Shown here one piece after another: positions 53,766-62,791 of a DNA stretch of 64,000 nt. Under the pieces are notes generated by a model. It was given only the letters and a program-made list of their open reading frames with translations, was not told the DNA's origin and did not search any database. This DNA comes from Methanomassiliicoccales archaeon (lineage in GTDB: Archaea > Thermoplasmatota > Thermoplasmata > RBG-16-68-12 > SOIM01): assembly GCA_030593295.1 (NCBI GenBank), contig JAUVHO010000006.1:281-64280 (forward strand), given 5' to 3'. Both the position numbers and the translations under genes were made by a program. Every line of letters starts with the position of its first letter. Position 1 is the stretch's first letter.

Positions 53766-54230
53766 CTACCCTCCTCGTGTTTGTGCTAAGTTGCATCTCA
53801 ACAGTGACAGCCGCGTCTGCAACGTGGCAAACGTCACAATGATCCGTGTTTCCTCCTATATTCCCCTTTCCGGGTTCCGTGTGAGTTCTGTGCTACTTGA
53901 GCGGAAGAAGAAAATCCTTTTGCCCTTGTGCCATCTTCACCGTTCCCTGCGCACTGCTCTCGGCATGGGAATGTATCTCGAGGTACTTTTAAGTTGTCCT
54001 TCGTGGAACATCATTGACGGTCCTTTTCGGGAGACTCCATCATCTTCCATCTCGGCTTTGGCGTTACGTTTTGACCGAGCATCCCGCAAGGGTATTTATA
54101 TCCAGAATCTTTACGTCCTTTTCTGAGAGAATTGCGAAAGGGAGTGGGACGGGAGATTGGTGAGGCTAGTGTTATCTCACTCTCAGAAGCAAGTGATGAG
54201 TGTTGAATTCAATTAAGAGGAGGATAGTAG

Positions 54231-57200
54231 ATGAGTAGGAGTAGCCGTTTGGGTTTGGCAAGAAGATCATTTGCAGTCGCTCTTGTCGGGGCGCTGTTGC
54301 TTGGAGCTTTTATGGGGCTTGTCCCGGAGGCCGACGCACACTCTGGAGACGAAATATACTCTGTCTGGACGGCCACGCCTCCTACGATTGATGGAAGTTT
54401 TCTAGCCGGTGAGTGGTCTGATGCCAATGTCGTTGACCTCAGCTTGATTGCAGGCAACAATCTGGGCTCGTATCTCTATGTGGTCAATAACGACACTCAC
54501 CTATACGTCGCCTATGATGCCTATGGGGACACGGTCAATGATGTTGGTGATGCAGCTTCAATCTCATTTGATACGGACCACGATGGGGCACCCACCGATG
54601 GCGGTGACGACCAATTCGTGATTCTTGGAGACGGCACCACACAGCATTTCAATTACAGCTCTGTCGCTGCCGACTGGGAGGTTCACTGTCAACCCTTCGA
54701 CCCCGGACTTCCGAACCATGCAGGTCTAGCTGGCGCAGAAGGATTCGGAATCAGTCCGAACAGCGCCGTGGATCACCGTATCTACGAGTTCTCCATACCC
54801 TTTGCACTGCTGAACGTGGCTCTTGGAGATACTGTTGGGTTCTTCTCAGGTAGTGATCAAGTGCCTGGAGTCACTGAGACGGGTTTTGTGCGGTGGGACA
54901 CGTGGCCTGTCCATGGAATCGTGGCATTGTTCGAGTATGGTAACCTGGTGCTCGGGGCCACTGAAGGCGTTTCAATCGCACCTAACTCTCAATCCAGACC
55001 TGCAGATGCTGGAACAATCGCCACCTACGACGTGACAATAACGAACACAGGATTAGCTAGCGATATCTTCGACCTCACGGGCTCTTCGACAATGGGCTGG
55101 GCAGCGGTCTTCTTTGATATCGGTATGAATCCTCTGACCGACAATGGGGGCAGTCCGGCAAAAGACACAGGATCCGTTGCCTCCCACGCCTCGGTCGGCA
55201 TTTACATCGAGGTCACCGTGCCCGGTGGGGCCAACCCGGGTGATTTCGACCTGAGAACGGTGATCGCAACCTCGGCCAACAACGTATCTGTGAGCAGCAC
55301 GGCAATCCTGAGGACAGGAGTTCCTGTCATGCCCATCTGGACCGACTTCATGGAAGGAGGGCCTGACGGTTGGTACGCTCCATCGGGAGCGAATGATTGG
55401 GAGCATGGTGTTCCCAATTGGGTGTGGGGTCCGCCAAATGCATCCTCACCCGTGAATGTATGGGGTACGAACCTCACAGGCAACTACACTGCAAGCTCAA
55501 ACTCCATCCTGATTTCACCATTCATAGATTTAACGACCGCGGTCACTTCGAACATGACCTACTATCAATGGTACGACATCAACGGCGGCGGGAACGATGG
55601 TGGTTGGATTGAGATTAGCACTGACAACGGCAAGACCTGGAACCTTCTAACACCTGAAGGAGGCTATACAGACAACACCATCCTTGGGATGCCGTGCTTT
55701 GCCGGTTCAGATACATTGTGGCTTCCTGTGGAGATCAATCTAACATCCTATGTGGGCGATATGATACTTTTGAGATACTACACGTGGGACAATGCCGCAG
55801 ATGGTATCCAGATGGCAGGTTGGTACCTGGACAATGTTACGGTGAACGCGACTTATGTTGCGGCCGGAGTCAGAGTGACCCCTCAAATGCAGTTCAAATC
55901 TGGGCAGGCAAACTCAGTGGTTTCCTATCTCCTGACTATTGAGAACATCGGGTCGGCCGGTTCAGACACGTTTGACATTACGACTGCGTCGACCATGGGG
56001 TGGACCTCGGCTTTCTATGACGATAGTTGGAATCCATTGACCGATACTGGCGGTGGACCACAAATCGACACTGGACCCATTGCGTTCGGTGGCTCCAAAG
56101 GCATCTACGCAAACATCACTGTCCCAATTGGTGCCAATCCAGGTGACGTGGACACTACGGATGCAACCTTCACCTCGGTCATTGATGCGGCAGCAACAGA
56201 CGCGGGAACGTTGATGACACAAGTTCCTCACTTGATGCCTTACCTCGATAACATGGAGGCAGGAGTGAACGGATGGATCTACGACGGGTTCTGGCATCAG
56301 GTGTATAATGAATCGATGGGGCCTGCCTGGAACATAAGCTATAGTCCGACACACAGCTGGTGGTACGGTCAAGACGCGGTCGGTCATTACGACAACACTG
56401 TTCGAAATCAAGGCTACCTGACCTCTCCACCCGTTGACTTGACAACCGCACCGACAGCGGAGCTGGAATTCGCATACTACTACGAGACCGAGTCAACTGG
56501 AGGGTCGTTTGATCAAAGATGGATCCAGATCAGAGTGGGCAACGGTCCATGGACAGGCTTGGAGCAGTTGTCCGGCGACCCCATGGGCACTTGGCTTCTG
56601 AAAACGATAGATCTCTCCCCCTATCTGGGAAGCATCGTTCAGATCAGGTACTACTTCGACACGATTAACGACATAAGCAACGCTTTTCAAGGCTGGTATA
56701 TCGACGACGTATCCGTGGCAGGGGTCAAGCAACGTCCGACAGTCGAAGCGTGGGAACCGGGAGGTTCACCAGCGCAGGCTTACAATATCGGAACTTCGAT
56801 TCCCGTTACATGGATCGCGACGGACGACCAACCGATGCCTGTTGACAACATAAACATCTCATTTGGCTCAGGGGTGATTTGGGACGCGATCAACGGTGGA
56901 CTGTACAGCCATGCAAATGATGGCACAGAAATGTGGGACACAACCGGCGCTGCACCTGGAATATACTACATCAACATATCCGCTTACGATTCGGACAATC
57001 AGATCTCGTATGATTTCGGCAACAACACGTTCGACCTAATTCTTCCTGATACGATTGAACCGGAGATACGCGACGTTTTCGTTGATGGAATGGCGATTGC
57101 AACCTATTCTCTCTGCTCGTTGCCTTCTGCGGTTGTGCTGACTGCCACGATAGATGATTTGACAGCTGGGAATTCGCTGATTGCAGGCGCTAACTTCACC

Positions 57201-58994
57201 ATCGGTTCCCAGAACTGGCCGGGAGCGGGCATGTCTGCCACCGATGGTTCGTTTAACCTTCCGATTGAGGATGTGAACATCTCAATTGACATCACGGGAT
57301 GGGCCCCCGGCACCTACGAGTTATACGTCTACGGCTGGGACAGCGTTCCGAACTACAATATCACTTCAGTGCAGTTTGCATCTCTGGAAATAATCCCCGA
57401 CAACTGTGCACCGTTGATCGATGGCGTTGCCCTCGACGGACAGCCAACTTTGACTATATTGCAGGGTGCAGGACCTGTAACGCTAACGGCTACACTAGAT
57501 GATACAACGGAAGGGAGTAGCAGCATCCAGAGCGCGAACTACACGATTGGCGCACAGATGTGGCCTGGTACGCCGATGAATGCCGTCGTTGCCCCGTTCG
57601 ACAATCCTGTTGAGGATGTGGAGGCTTCGATTGACACGACAACTTGGGCCATTGGTCCTTACGACATCTGCGTCTACGGAAGTGATGCACTGGGCAACGA
57701 TAACACGACTGGCTTGTGCACCATCCTTGTGGTATCTGCCGAGATTGCCCCTCCTGAGGTCCTCAACGTCGCGCTTGATGGACAGCTCAATCTGAATGTT
57801 ATGTCAGGCGTTTCTGTGGATTTGACCGCTGTAATCGATGACACTAGTAATGGCAATTCAAACATCGGTGGAGCCAACTATACCGTGGGAATAGCAAACT
57901 GGCCAGGGACCATCATGTTCGCCTCGGACGGATTGTTCGACAGTCCAATTGAGAATGTGGACGCCGTCATCGACACAACAGGTTGGGCTGCAGATACGTA
58001 TTCCATATGCGTCTATGGTTGGGACGAGAATCTCAACTACAACTCAGTTGGCCTGTGCGGTACAATCATCATCCTGGATGGTGATTCTGATCCTCCCGAG
58101 ATACTGAATGTCCTGATGAATGGTCTGACCTCCATATCTGTGGATCCTGGCACCACAGTCTTCCTCAATGCAAGTGTAGACGATTCTCTCATGGGCGGCT
58201 CGAACATTGGCGGTGCCAACTACACCGTCGGGATCGCAAATTGGCCCGGATTGGACATGTTCCCAACTGATGGAGCCTTCGACAGCCCTGTTGAGAATGT
58301 GAACATCACGATCGACACTACTGGTTGGGCCAACGACACCTATCAGATATGCGTCTATGGTTGGGACGAATTCCCGAACTACAACACCTCTTCCACCGCA
58401 TGTGCTCAGCTGACCATTCAGCTACCTGTGGTACCCGATACTCAAAGCCCAACGATATCGAATGTTGACACGGACCCCGATCCTCAGACTCCAGGTGATG
58501 AGTTGAGAATATCAGCCACTGCCCAAGACAACATTCAGGTTCTTGTGGTGGGAATCGAGATCAGGGGTCCAGATGGCGGAGTTCTGGGCAACTTCACAAT
58601 GACCTATCAAGCCCTCAACGACGAATACTACTACGATGCCACCTTCGATGTCGAAGGGGATTACACCTTCACAATCTGGGCGAGCGACACCAGCGACAAT
58701 TGGGCCTCAGCCACAGGAGATTTCACAATTGAAGAGAAGGAGGATCAGAAAGGCTTCCTTGAGGAGTACTGGTGGGTTCTGGTCATAATTGTGGCGATAG
58801 TCGTTCTTCTTCTCGTTGTCGTCCTGGCTAGAAGAGGCGGGAAGGAAGAGGAGATTGAACCGGAGGAAGAGGAAGAAGTGGTCGAGGAGGAGGAACTGGC
58901 AGAAGAAGAGGAACTCATTGAGGAAGAGGAACTCACTGAAGAAGTGACTCCTACCGAAGAGCCCGTCGCGGAAGAGAAAGAACTGGGTCTATGA
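54231..58994 (+). CDS. Giant surface protein (1587 aa): RR-containing signal peptide, two MAM/jelly-roll-like modules, four tandem modules of about 113 aa, C-terminal TM helix and poly-Glu tail
   Basis: ATG with AAGAGGAGGA 6 nt upstream. N-terminus MSRSSRLGLARRSFAVALVGALLLGAFMGLVPEADA. TM helix YWWVLVIIVAIVVLLLVVVLA. Tail KEEEIEPEEEEEVVEEEELAEEEELIEEEELTEE. Confidence 0.9.
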   Translation: MSRSSRLGLARRSFAVALVGALLLGAFMGLVPEADAHSGDEIYSVWTATPPTIDGSFLAGEWSDANVVDLSLIAGNNLGSYLYVVNNDTHLYVAYDAYGDTVNDVGDAASISFDTDHDGAPTDGGDDQFVILGDGTTQHFNYSSVAADWEVHCQPFDPGLPNHAGLAGAEGFGISPNSAVDHRIYEFSIPFALLNVALGDTVGFFSGSDQVPGVTETGFVRWDTWPVHGIVALFEYGNLVLGATEGVSIAPNSQSRPADAGTIATYDVTITNTGLASDIFDLTGSSTMGWAAVFFDIGMNPLTDNGGSPAKDTGSVASHASVGIYIEVTVPGGANPGDFDLRTVIATSANNVSVSSTAILRTGVPVMPIWTDFMEGGPDGWYAPSGANDWEHGVPNWVWGPPNASSPVNVWGTNLTGNYTASSNSILISPFIDLTTAVTSNMTYYQWYDINGGGNDGGWIEISTDNGKTWNLLTPEGGYTDNTILGMPCFAGSDTLWLPVEINLTSYVGDMILLRYYTWDNAADGIQMAGWYLDNVTVNATYVAAGVRVTPQMQFKSGQANSVVSYLLTIENIGSAGSDTFDITTASTMGWTSAFYDDSWNPLTDTGGGPQIDTGPIAFGGSKGIYANITVPIGANPGDVDTTDATFTSVIDAAATDAGTLMTQVPHLMPYLDNMEAGVNGWIYDGFWHQVYNESMGPAWNISYSPTHSWWYGQDAVGHYDNTVRNQGYLTSPPVDLTTAPTAELEFAYYYETESTGGSFDQRWIQIRVGNGPWTGLEQLSGDPMGTWLLKTIDLSPYLGSIVQIRYYFDTINDISNAFQGWYIDDVSVAGVKQRPTVEAWEPGGSPAQAYNIGTSIPVTWIATDDQPMPVDNINISFGSGVIWDAINGGLYSHANDGTEMWDTTGAAPGIYYINISAYDSDNQISYDFGNNTFDLILPDTIEPEIRDVFVDGMAIATYSLCSLPSAVVLTATIDDLTAGNSLIAGANFTIGSQNWPGAGMSATDGSFNLPIEDVNISIDITGWAPGTYELYVYGWDSVPNYNITSVQFASLEIIPDNCAPLIDGVALDGQPTLTILQGAGPVTLTATLDDTTEGSSSIQSANYTIGAQMWPGTPMNAVVAPFDNPVEDVEASIDTTTWAIGPYDICVYGSDALGNDNTTGLCTILVVSAEIAPPEVLNVALDGQLNLNVMSGVSVDLTAVIDDTSNGNSNIGGANYTVGIANWPGTIMFASDGLFDSPIENVDAVIDTTGWAADTYSICVYGWDENLNYNSVGLCGTIIILDGDSDPPEILNVLMNGLTSISVDPGTTVFLNASVDDSLMGGSNIGGANYTVGIANWPGLDMFPTDGAFDSPVENVNITIDTTGWANDTYQICVYGWDEFPNYNTSSTACAQLTIQLPVVPDTQSPTISNVDTDPDPQTPGDELRISATAQDNIQVLVVGIEIRGPDGGVLGNFTMTYQALNDEYYYDATFDVEGDYTFTIWASDTSDNWASATGDFTIEEKEDQKGFLEEYWWVLVIIVAIVVLLLVVVLARRGGKEEEIEPEEEEEVVEEEELAEEEELIEEEELTEEVTPTEEPVAEEKELGL
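57060..58440 (+). repeat. Four tandem coding modules (about 340 nt / 113-116 aa each)
   Basis: The core recurs four times: ANYT[VI]G..NWPG..M...DG.FDSP[IV]ENV...IDTTGWA.DTY.ICVYGWDE..NYN. Module boundaries are near 57060, 57408, 57747 and 58089. Confidence 0.85.
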
Positions 58995-59094
58995 GACCTT
59001 CGGCTTCCTCCAAATATGATGACTTTAAATATCAATGCTATGTTAATTCAAGTGAAGGCGAACTGACTTCTAGAACCGAGGAGGTTTTCAGACA

Positions 59095-59799
59095 ATGGCA
59101 GCACCCGTAGTTGTTCAAGCACGGAATCTTCACAAGGTGTATGACACCGGTACTGTGAAAGTTGACGCTCTCAGAGGCATCGATCTGGACATTCATCAAG
59201 GAGAGATGGTCTCCGTCATGGGTCCATCTGGATGCGGCAAGACGACCTTGCTGAACTGCCTGTCGGGGATAGACGACCCCACTGAGGGCCAGATCATCAT
59301 CGAAGGTCAACCCATCGAGGGAATGTCGGATAATCAGAAGACCGAATACCGTGCCAAGAGGATCGGCTTCATATTCCAGGCATACAACCTTCTCCCCGTA
59401 CTGACCGCGGTGGAGAACGTCGAACTCCCCTTGCTCTTGAGCGGCATTAGGCTGAAGGATGCAAGGAAGAAGGCCCTCGAGGCCCTGAGCTGGGTAGGAC
59501 TCGAGAAATGGGAATCCCACAGACCCTCCGAGCTTTCAGGCGGTGAACAGCAGAGGGTGGCCATCGCCAGGTCCCTCGTCAATCACCCCGCGATCGTTTT
59601 TGGAGATGAATTGACCGGCAATCTGGACGAAGAGACCACCCACCAGATCATGGAACTCGTCCTCGGCCTGAACAAGAAGAACAATCAGACCTTCGTCATA
59701 GTCACACACGACGCCGCGGTCGGAGAGATGGCGCACCGTGTTCTGAAGCTGAGAGATGGGATAATAGAGAAGGAATATCGACCGGTGCCTGTTGGATGA
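59095..59799 (+). CDS. ABC transporter ATP-binding protein (MacB/LolD-like)
   Basis: Motifs GPSGCGKTTLLN and LSGGEQQRVAIARSL, Walker B IVFGDELTGNLD. GAGGAGG SD; TATA-like CTTTAAATATC upstream. Confidence 0.95.
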   Translation: MAAPVVVQARNLHKVYDTGTVKVDALRGIDLDIHQGEMVSVMGPSGCGKTTLLNCLSGIDDPTEGQIIIEGQPIEGMSDNQKTEYRAKRIGFIFQAYNLLPVLTAVENVELPLLLSGIRLKDARKKALEALSWVGLEKWESHRPSELSGGEQQRVAIARSLVNHPAIVFGDELTGNLDEETTHQIMELVLGLNKKNNQTFVIVTHDAAVGEMAHRVLKLRDGIIEKEYRPVPVG

Positions 59800-59803
59800 G
59801 ACC

Positions 59804-62788
59804 ATGGACTACTCGTTTATCATTGTTGTCGCAGTTATATTCATAATCGTCGGAATCCTGGCACTGAGGAACCCTTCCCTCCGAAAGATGGCGGCCAGGA
59901 ACCTGGCGAGGAGAAAGGGGAATACGGCCATCGTCATTGTCGGCCTACTTATCGGAACGGCGATAGTCACTTCCTCCTTCGTCATGGGCGACACTCTGGC
60001 TTTCGTCTTCGAGAATGCTATCAACGAGCAACTTGGGGAAATAGATGAACTGGTGCACACTCCAGGTGGCAACCAATCAAGCAATGAGACGGGGCTGTTC
60101 TCTTACTTCAATCAATCATATTACGACGATCTCGCGGACGCAAGAGGTTTAGGGCAGTTGCCCAGTGTTGACGGTCTTTTGCCGATCGTATACGAAACCA
60201 TGCCCGTCTTCAATCCCGCGAGCCAGCTGGCCGAGCCTATGGCCAATCTGTTCGGGGTGGATCCTCAGGCCAGCCAAGAGCTGGACACTTTTCGTGATCT
60301 AGCGGGCAACATAGTGGATGAGGAAGAGGTCCTCTCTCACCCCGGTGACGTCATCATCAACAAGCGCTTGGCTGAGAGTATCGAAGCTGAAGAAGGGAGC
60401 TTCGTTACGCTGTTCTACACCATATTCAAGTTCAACGCCTCCAACCCTCAAAAGCCCGATGTCATACTCCGAACCGAGGTCCTCCACGTTTCGGTGATTG
60501 TCAAGAACGAAGGTAAGGCCAACTTCCTGTACGGCAGCAATCTCTACATGAACATCGACCTGGCCCAACAGCTCCTAGGGAGAGAAGGCCAGATCAACCT
60601 CATCGCTGTCTCCAACAAAGGGAACGTTGAGACCGGTGTGGAGCTCACAGATTCCGCCGTCGCCGAGATCGAGAGCGTCCTGCAGAGCACTGGAGCCTCG
60701 CTTCTCGAGGTGGAGGCCATAAAGAAGGACAACATCGAAGCGACAAAGGAAGCAAGCGAGATGATGTCCGAAGTGTTCTGGCTGATGGGATCCTTCAGCA
60801 TCATAGCGGGCGTTATTCTCGTGATCAATATCTTCGTCATGCTTGCCGAGGAGCGAAAGCCCGAAATGGGAATCTCCAGAGCAATTGGGATGAAGAAGTC
60901 ACATCTGATCCAGGCCTACATCTTCGAGGGATCTGCCTACTCTCTGATCGCGTCATTCCTGGGCACCTTTGTGGGTCTGGCCTTGGCCTTTGTGATGATA
61001 ACTGCTTTTGGATCGATATTCGGAGAGGCGGGGTTCGAGATGCCGTTCCATTTCGAGGTGGACAGCCTAATCATGGGCTTTACAGTGGGGGTCTTCATAA
61101 CCTTCATGACGGTCCTTCTGGCATCGTGGTTCATCAGCCGTCTCAATATTGTTCGAGCGATTAGGTCCATCCCGGATCCTATCAGAACGAAGCCCTCTCT
61201 CAAATTCCTAGCTCTCGGCGTGATCCTTGTCTTTGTCGGATTTATCCTGCTCCAAGCCAGTCTTCAGTCCAGATCAGCGGCGCTATTCTTGACCGGGCCT
61301 TGTCTGCTGTTCTTCGGAGCAGCAATAATCGGCACTTTGGGGGGTCGCCCAAGGATAGCCTATTCAGCGGGAAGCATCGCGGTCCTGCTGTGGATACTGC
61401 TGCCCCATAATCTGCTGGAGACCCTGGATATGGAGTCCGGAATGGAGATGTTCGTGGTGTCGGGTATGTTCCTTGTTCTGGCCGCCATACTCTTGCTCAT
61501 GGTCAATTCGAGCGCTCTGCTGAGAGTCCTCACGAGATTGATGTCCGGCCGGAAGAAGACCCTGCCCGTGCTACGGGTTGCACTGTCCTATCCCATGAAG
61601 AAGAAATTTAGAACTGGGTTGACGCTCGGGATGTTCTCACTCATCATCTTTACTGTTACTGTCATTGCGATGATCTCCAGTTTCCAGGCGAACAGTGTCG
61701 ACTCCACCTTCAAGCAGGAGGCCGGAGGTTATGACATTATGGGATTCTCTAACCCTTCGACTCCGATTCTCGACCTGCCCCAGAACGTTTCCACCAAGGC
61801 AACATTGGCCAATCAGTTCGATGAAATCTCCAGTTTCAATTCGGCTCGTGCACGCATGTACGCAAAGGAAGACGGACCGGATGCGAGCGTTATGACCAGT
61901 ATCTACGGCGCCGACGAATCCTTCTTCGAAGACAATGATTTCACTTTCAAATCCATCATGAATGGGTATGACAGTCCTGACGATGTCTGGGCGGCGGTCA
62001 GGTCAGACTCCTCCTTGGTCGTCGTGGATGGAAGTGTCTCGGCCGAGATGATGTATGGGCCTGAAACGATGGGCGGACTCCGTGTGAGAGTCGGAGAGGA
62101 AGTGGTCGTGATCACACTGGCTGGACCCGAGGAGAAGACCGTTATCGGAGTCCTCGATCAGTCTTTCTTCTTCTCGGGGATGATCACCTCTGAGACTACT
62201 GTGAACGACCACTTTGGCTTCCGATGGCCTGCGATTTACTTCCTCACGGTCAGTGATTCCAGCACCTCTGATGCCAAGGCCTTGGCGAAGGACCTGGAGA
62301 GGGAGTTCTTGATGAACGGGATGCAGACAATAGTCATCAGAGATGTTATCCAAACCTTCCTCAACATTGCCAGCTCGCTCATGAACCTGTTCCAGGTCTA
62401 CCTGGGACTGGGGTTGGTGGTCGGAATTGCTGGATTGGGCATAATCACGGTGAGAAACGTGGTGGAAAGGACCAACGAGATCGGGGTCATGAGGGCGATC
62501 GGCTACAAGCGGAAGATGATCCGGAACACGTTCATCATGGAGATATCTTTCATCTCGATTCTCGGCATATCTATCGGAGTTCTGCTCGGTGTCGGTCTCT
62601 CCTACTACATCTACGGAGACTTCTTCGGAGATGCGGGAACATTCTTTGAGTTCTTCGATTTCATACCATTCACGAACATCTTGTTGATAACCGTAATCGC
62701 TATGGGCTTTACGTTGCTGGCTACGGTGTCATCCGCTTTCAGGGCGGCCAGAATCATACCGGCTGAGGCTTTGAGGTTCAAAGAATAG
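59804..62788 (+). CDS. ABC transporter permease, FtsX/MacB-type with two FtsX-like TM modules
   Basis: N-terminus LRKMAARNLARRKGNTAIVIVGLLIGTAIV, large extracytoplasmic loops, and two four-helix TM bundles. ATG 59804 is chosen; the track gives TTG 59792, overlapping the ATPase gene by 8 nt. Confidence 0.9.
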   Translation: MDYSFIIVVAVIFIIVGILALRNPSLRKMAARNLARRKGNTAIVIVGLLIGTAIVTSSFVMGDTLAFVFENAINEQLGEIDELVHTPGGNQSSNETGLFSYFNQSYYDDLADARGLGQLPSVDGLLPIVYETMPVFNPASQLAEPMANLFGVDPQASQELDTFRDLAGNIVDEEEVLSHPGDVIINKRLAESIEAEEGSFVTLFYTIFKFNASNPQKPDVILRTEVLHVSVIVKNEGKANFLYGSNLYMNIDLAQQLLGREGQINLIAVSNKGNVETGVELTDSAVAEIESVLQSTGASLLEVEAIKKDNIEATKEASEMMSEVFWLMGSFSIIAGVILVINIFVMLAEERKPEMGISRAIGMKKSHLIQAYIFEGSAYSLIASFLGTFVGLALAFVMITAFGSIFGEAGFEMPFHFEVDSLIMGFTVGVFITFMTVLLASWFISRLNIVRAIRSIPDPIRTKPSLKFLALGVILVFVGFILLQASLQSRSAALFLTGPCLLFFGAAIIGTLGGRPRIAYSAGSIAVLLWILLPHNLLETLDMESGMEMFVVSGMFLVLAAILLLMVNSSALLRVLTRLMSGRKKTLPVLRVALSYPMKKKFRTGLTLGMFSLIIFTVTVIAMISSFQANSVDSTFKQEAGGYDIMGFSNPSTPILDLPQNVSTKATLANQFDEISSFNSARARMYAKEDGPDASVMTSIYGADESFFEDNDFTFKSIMNGYDSPDDVWAAVRSDSSLVVVDGSVSAEMMYGPETMGGLRVRVGEEVVVITLAGPEEKTVIGVLDQSFFFSGMITSETTVNDHFGFRWPAIYFLTVSDSSTSDAKALAKDLEREFLMNGMQTIVIRDVIQTFLNIASSLMNLFQVYLGLGLVVGIAGLGIITVRNVVERTNEIGVMRAIGYKRKMIRNTFIMEISFISILGISIGVLLGVGLSYYIYGDFFGDAGTFFEFFDFIPFTNILLITVIAMGFTLLATVSSAFRAARIIPAEALRFKE

Positions 62789-62791
62789 GGA

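Noticed and set aside
53593-54126. 177-aa plus-strand ORF spanning the protease start and the long intergenic region
   Set aside because: It overlaps the 5' end of the protease gene on the opposite strand. It has no SD, and its composition is Ser/Leu-rich with no motifs.
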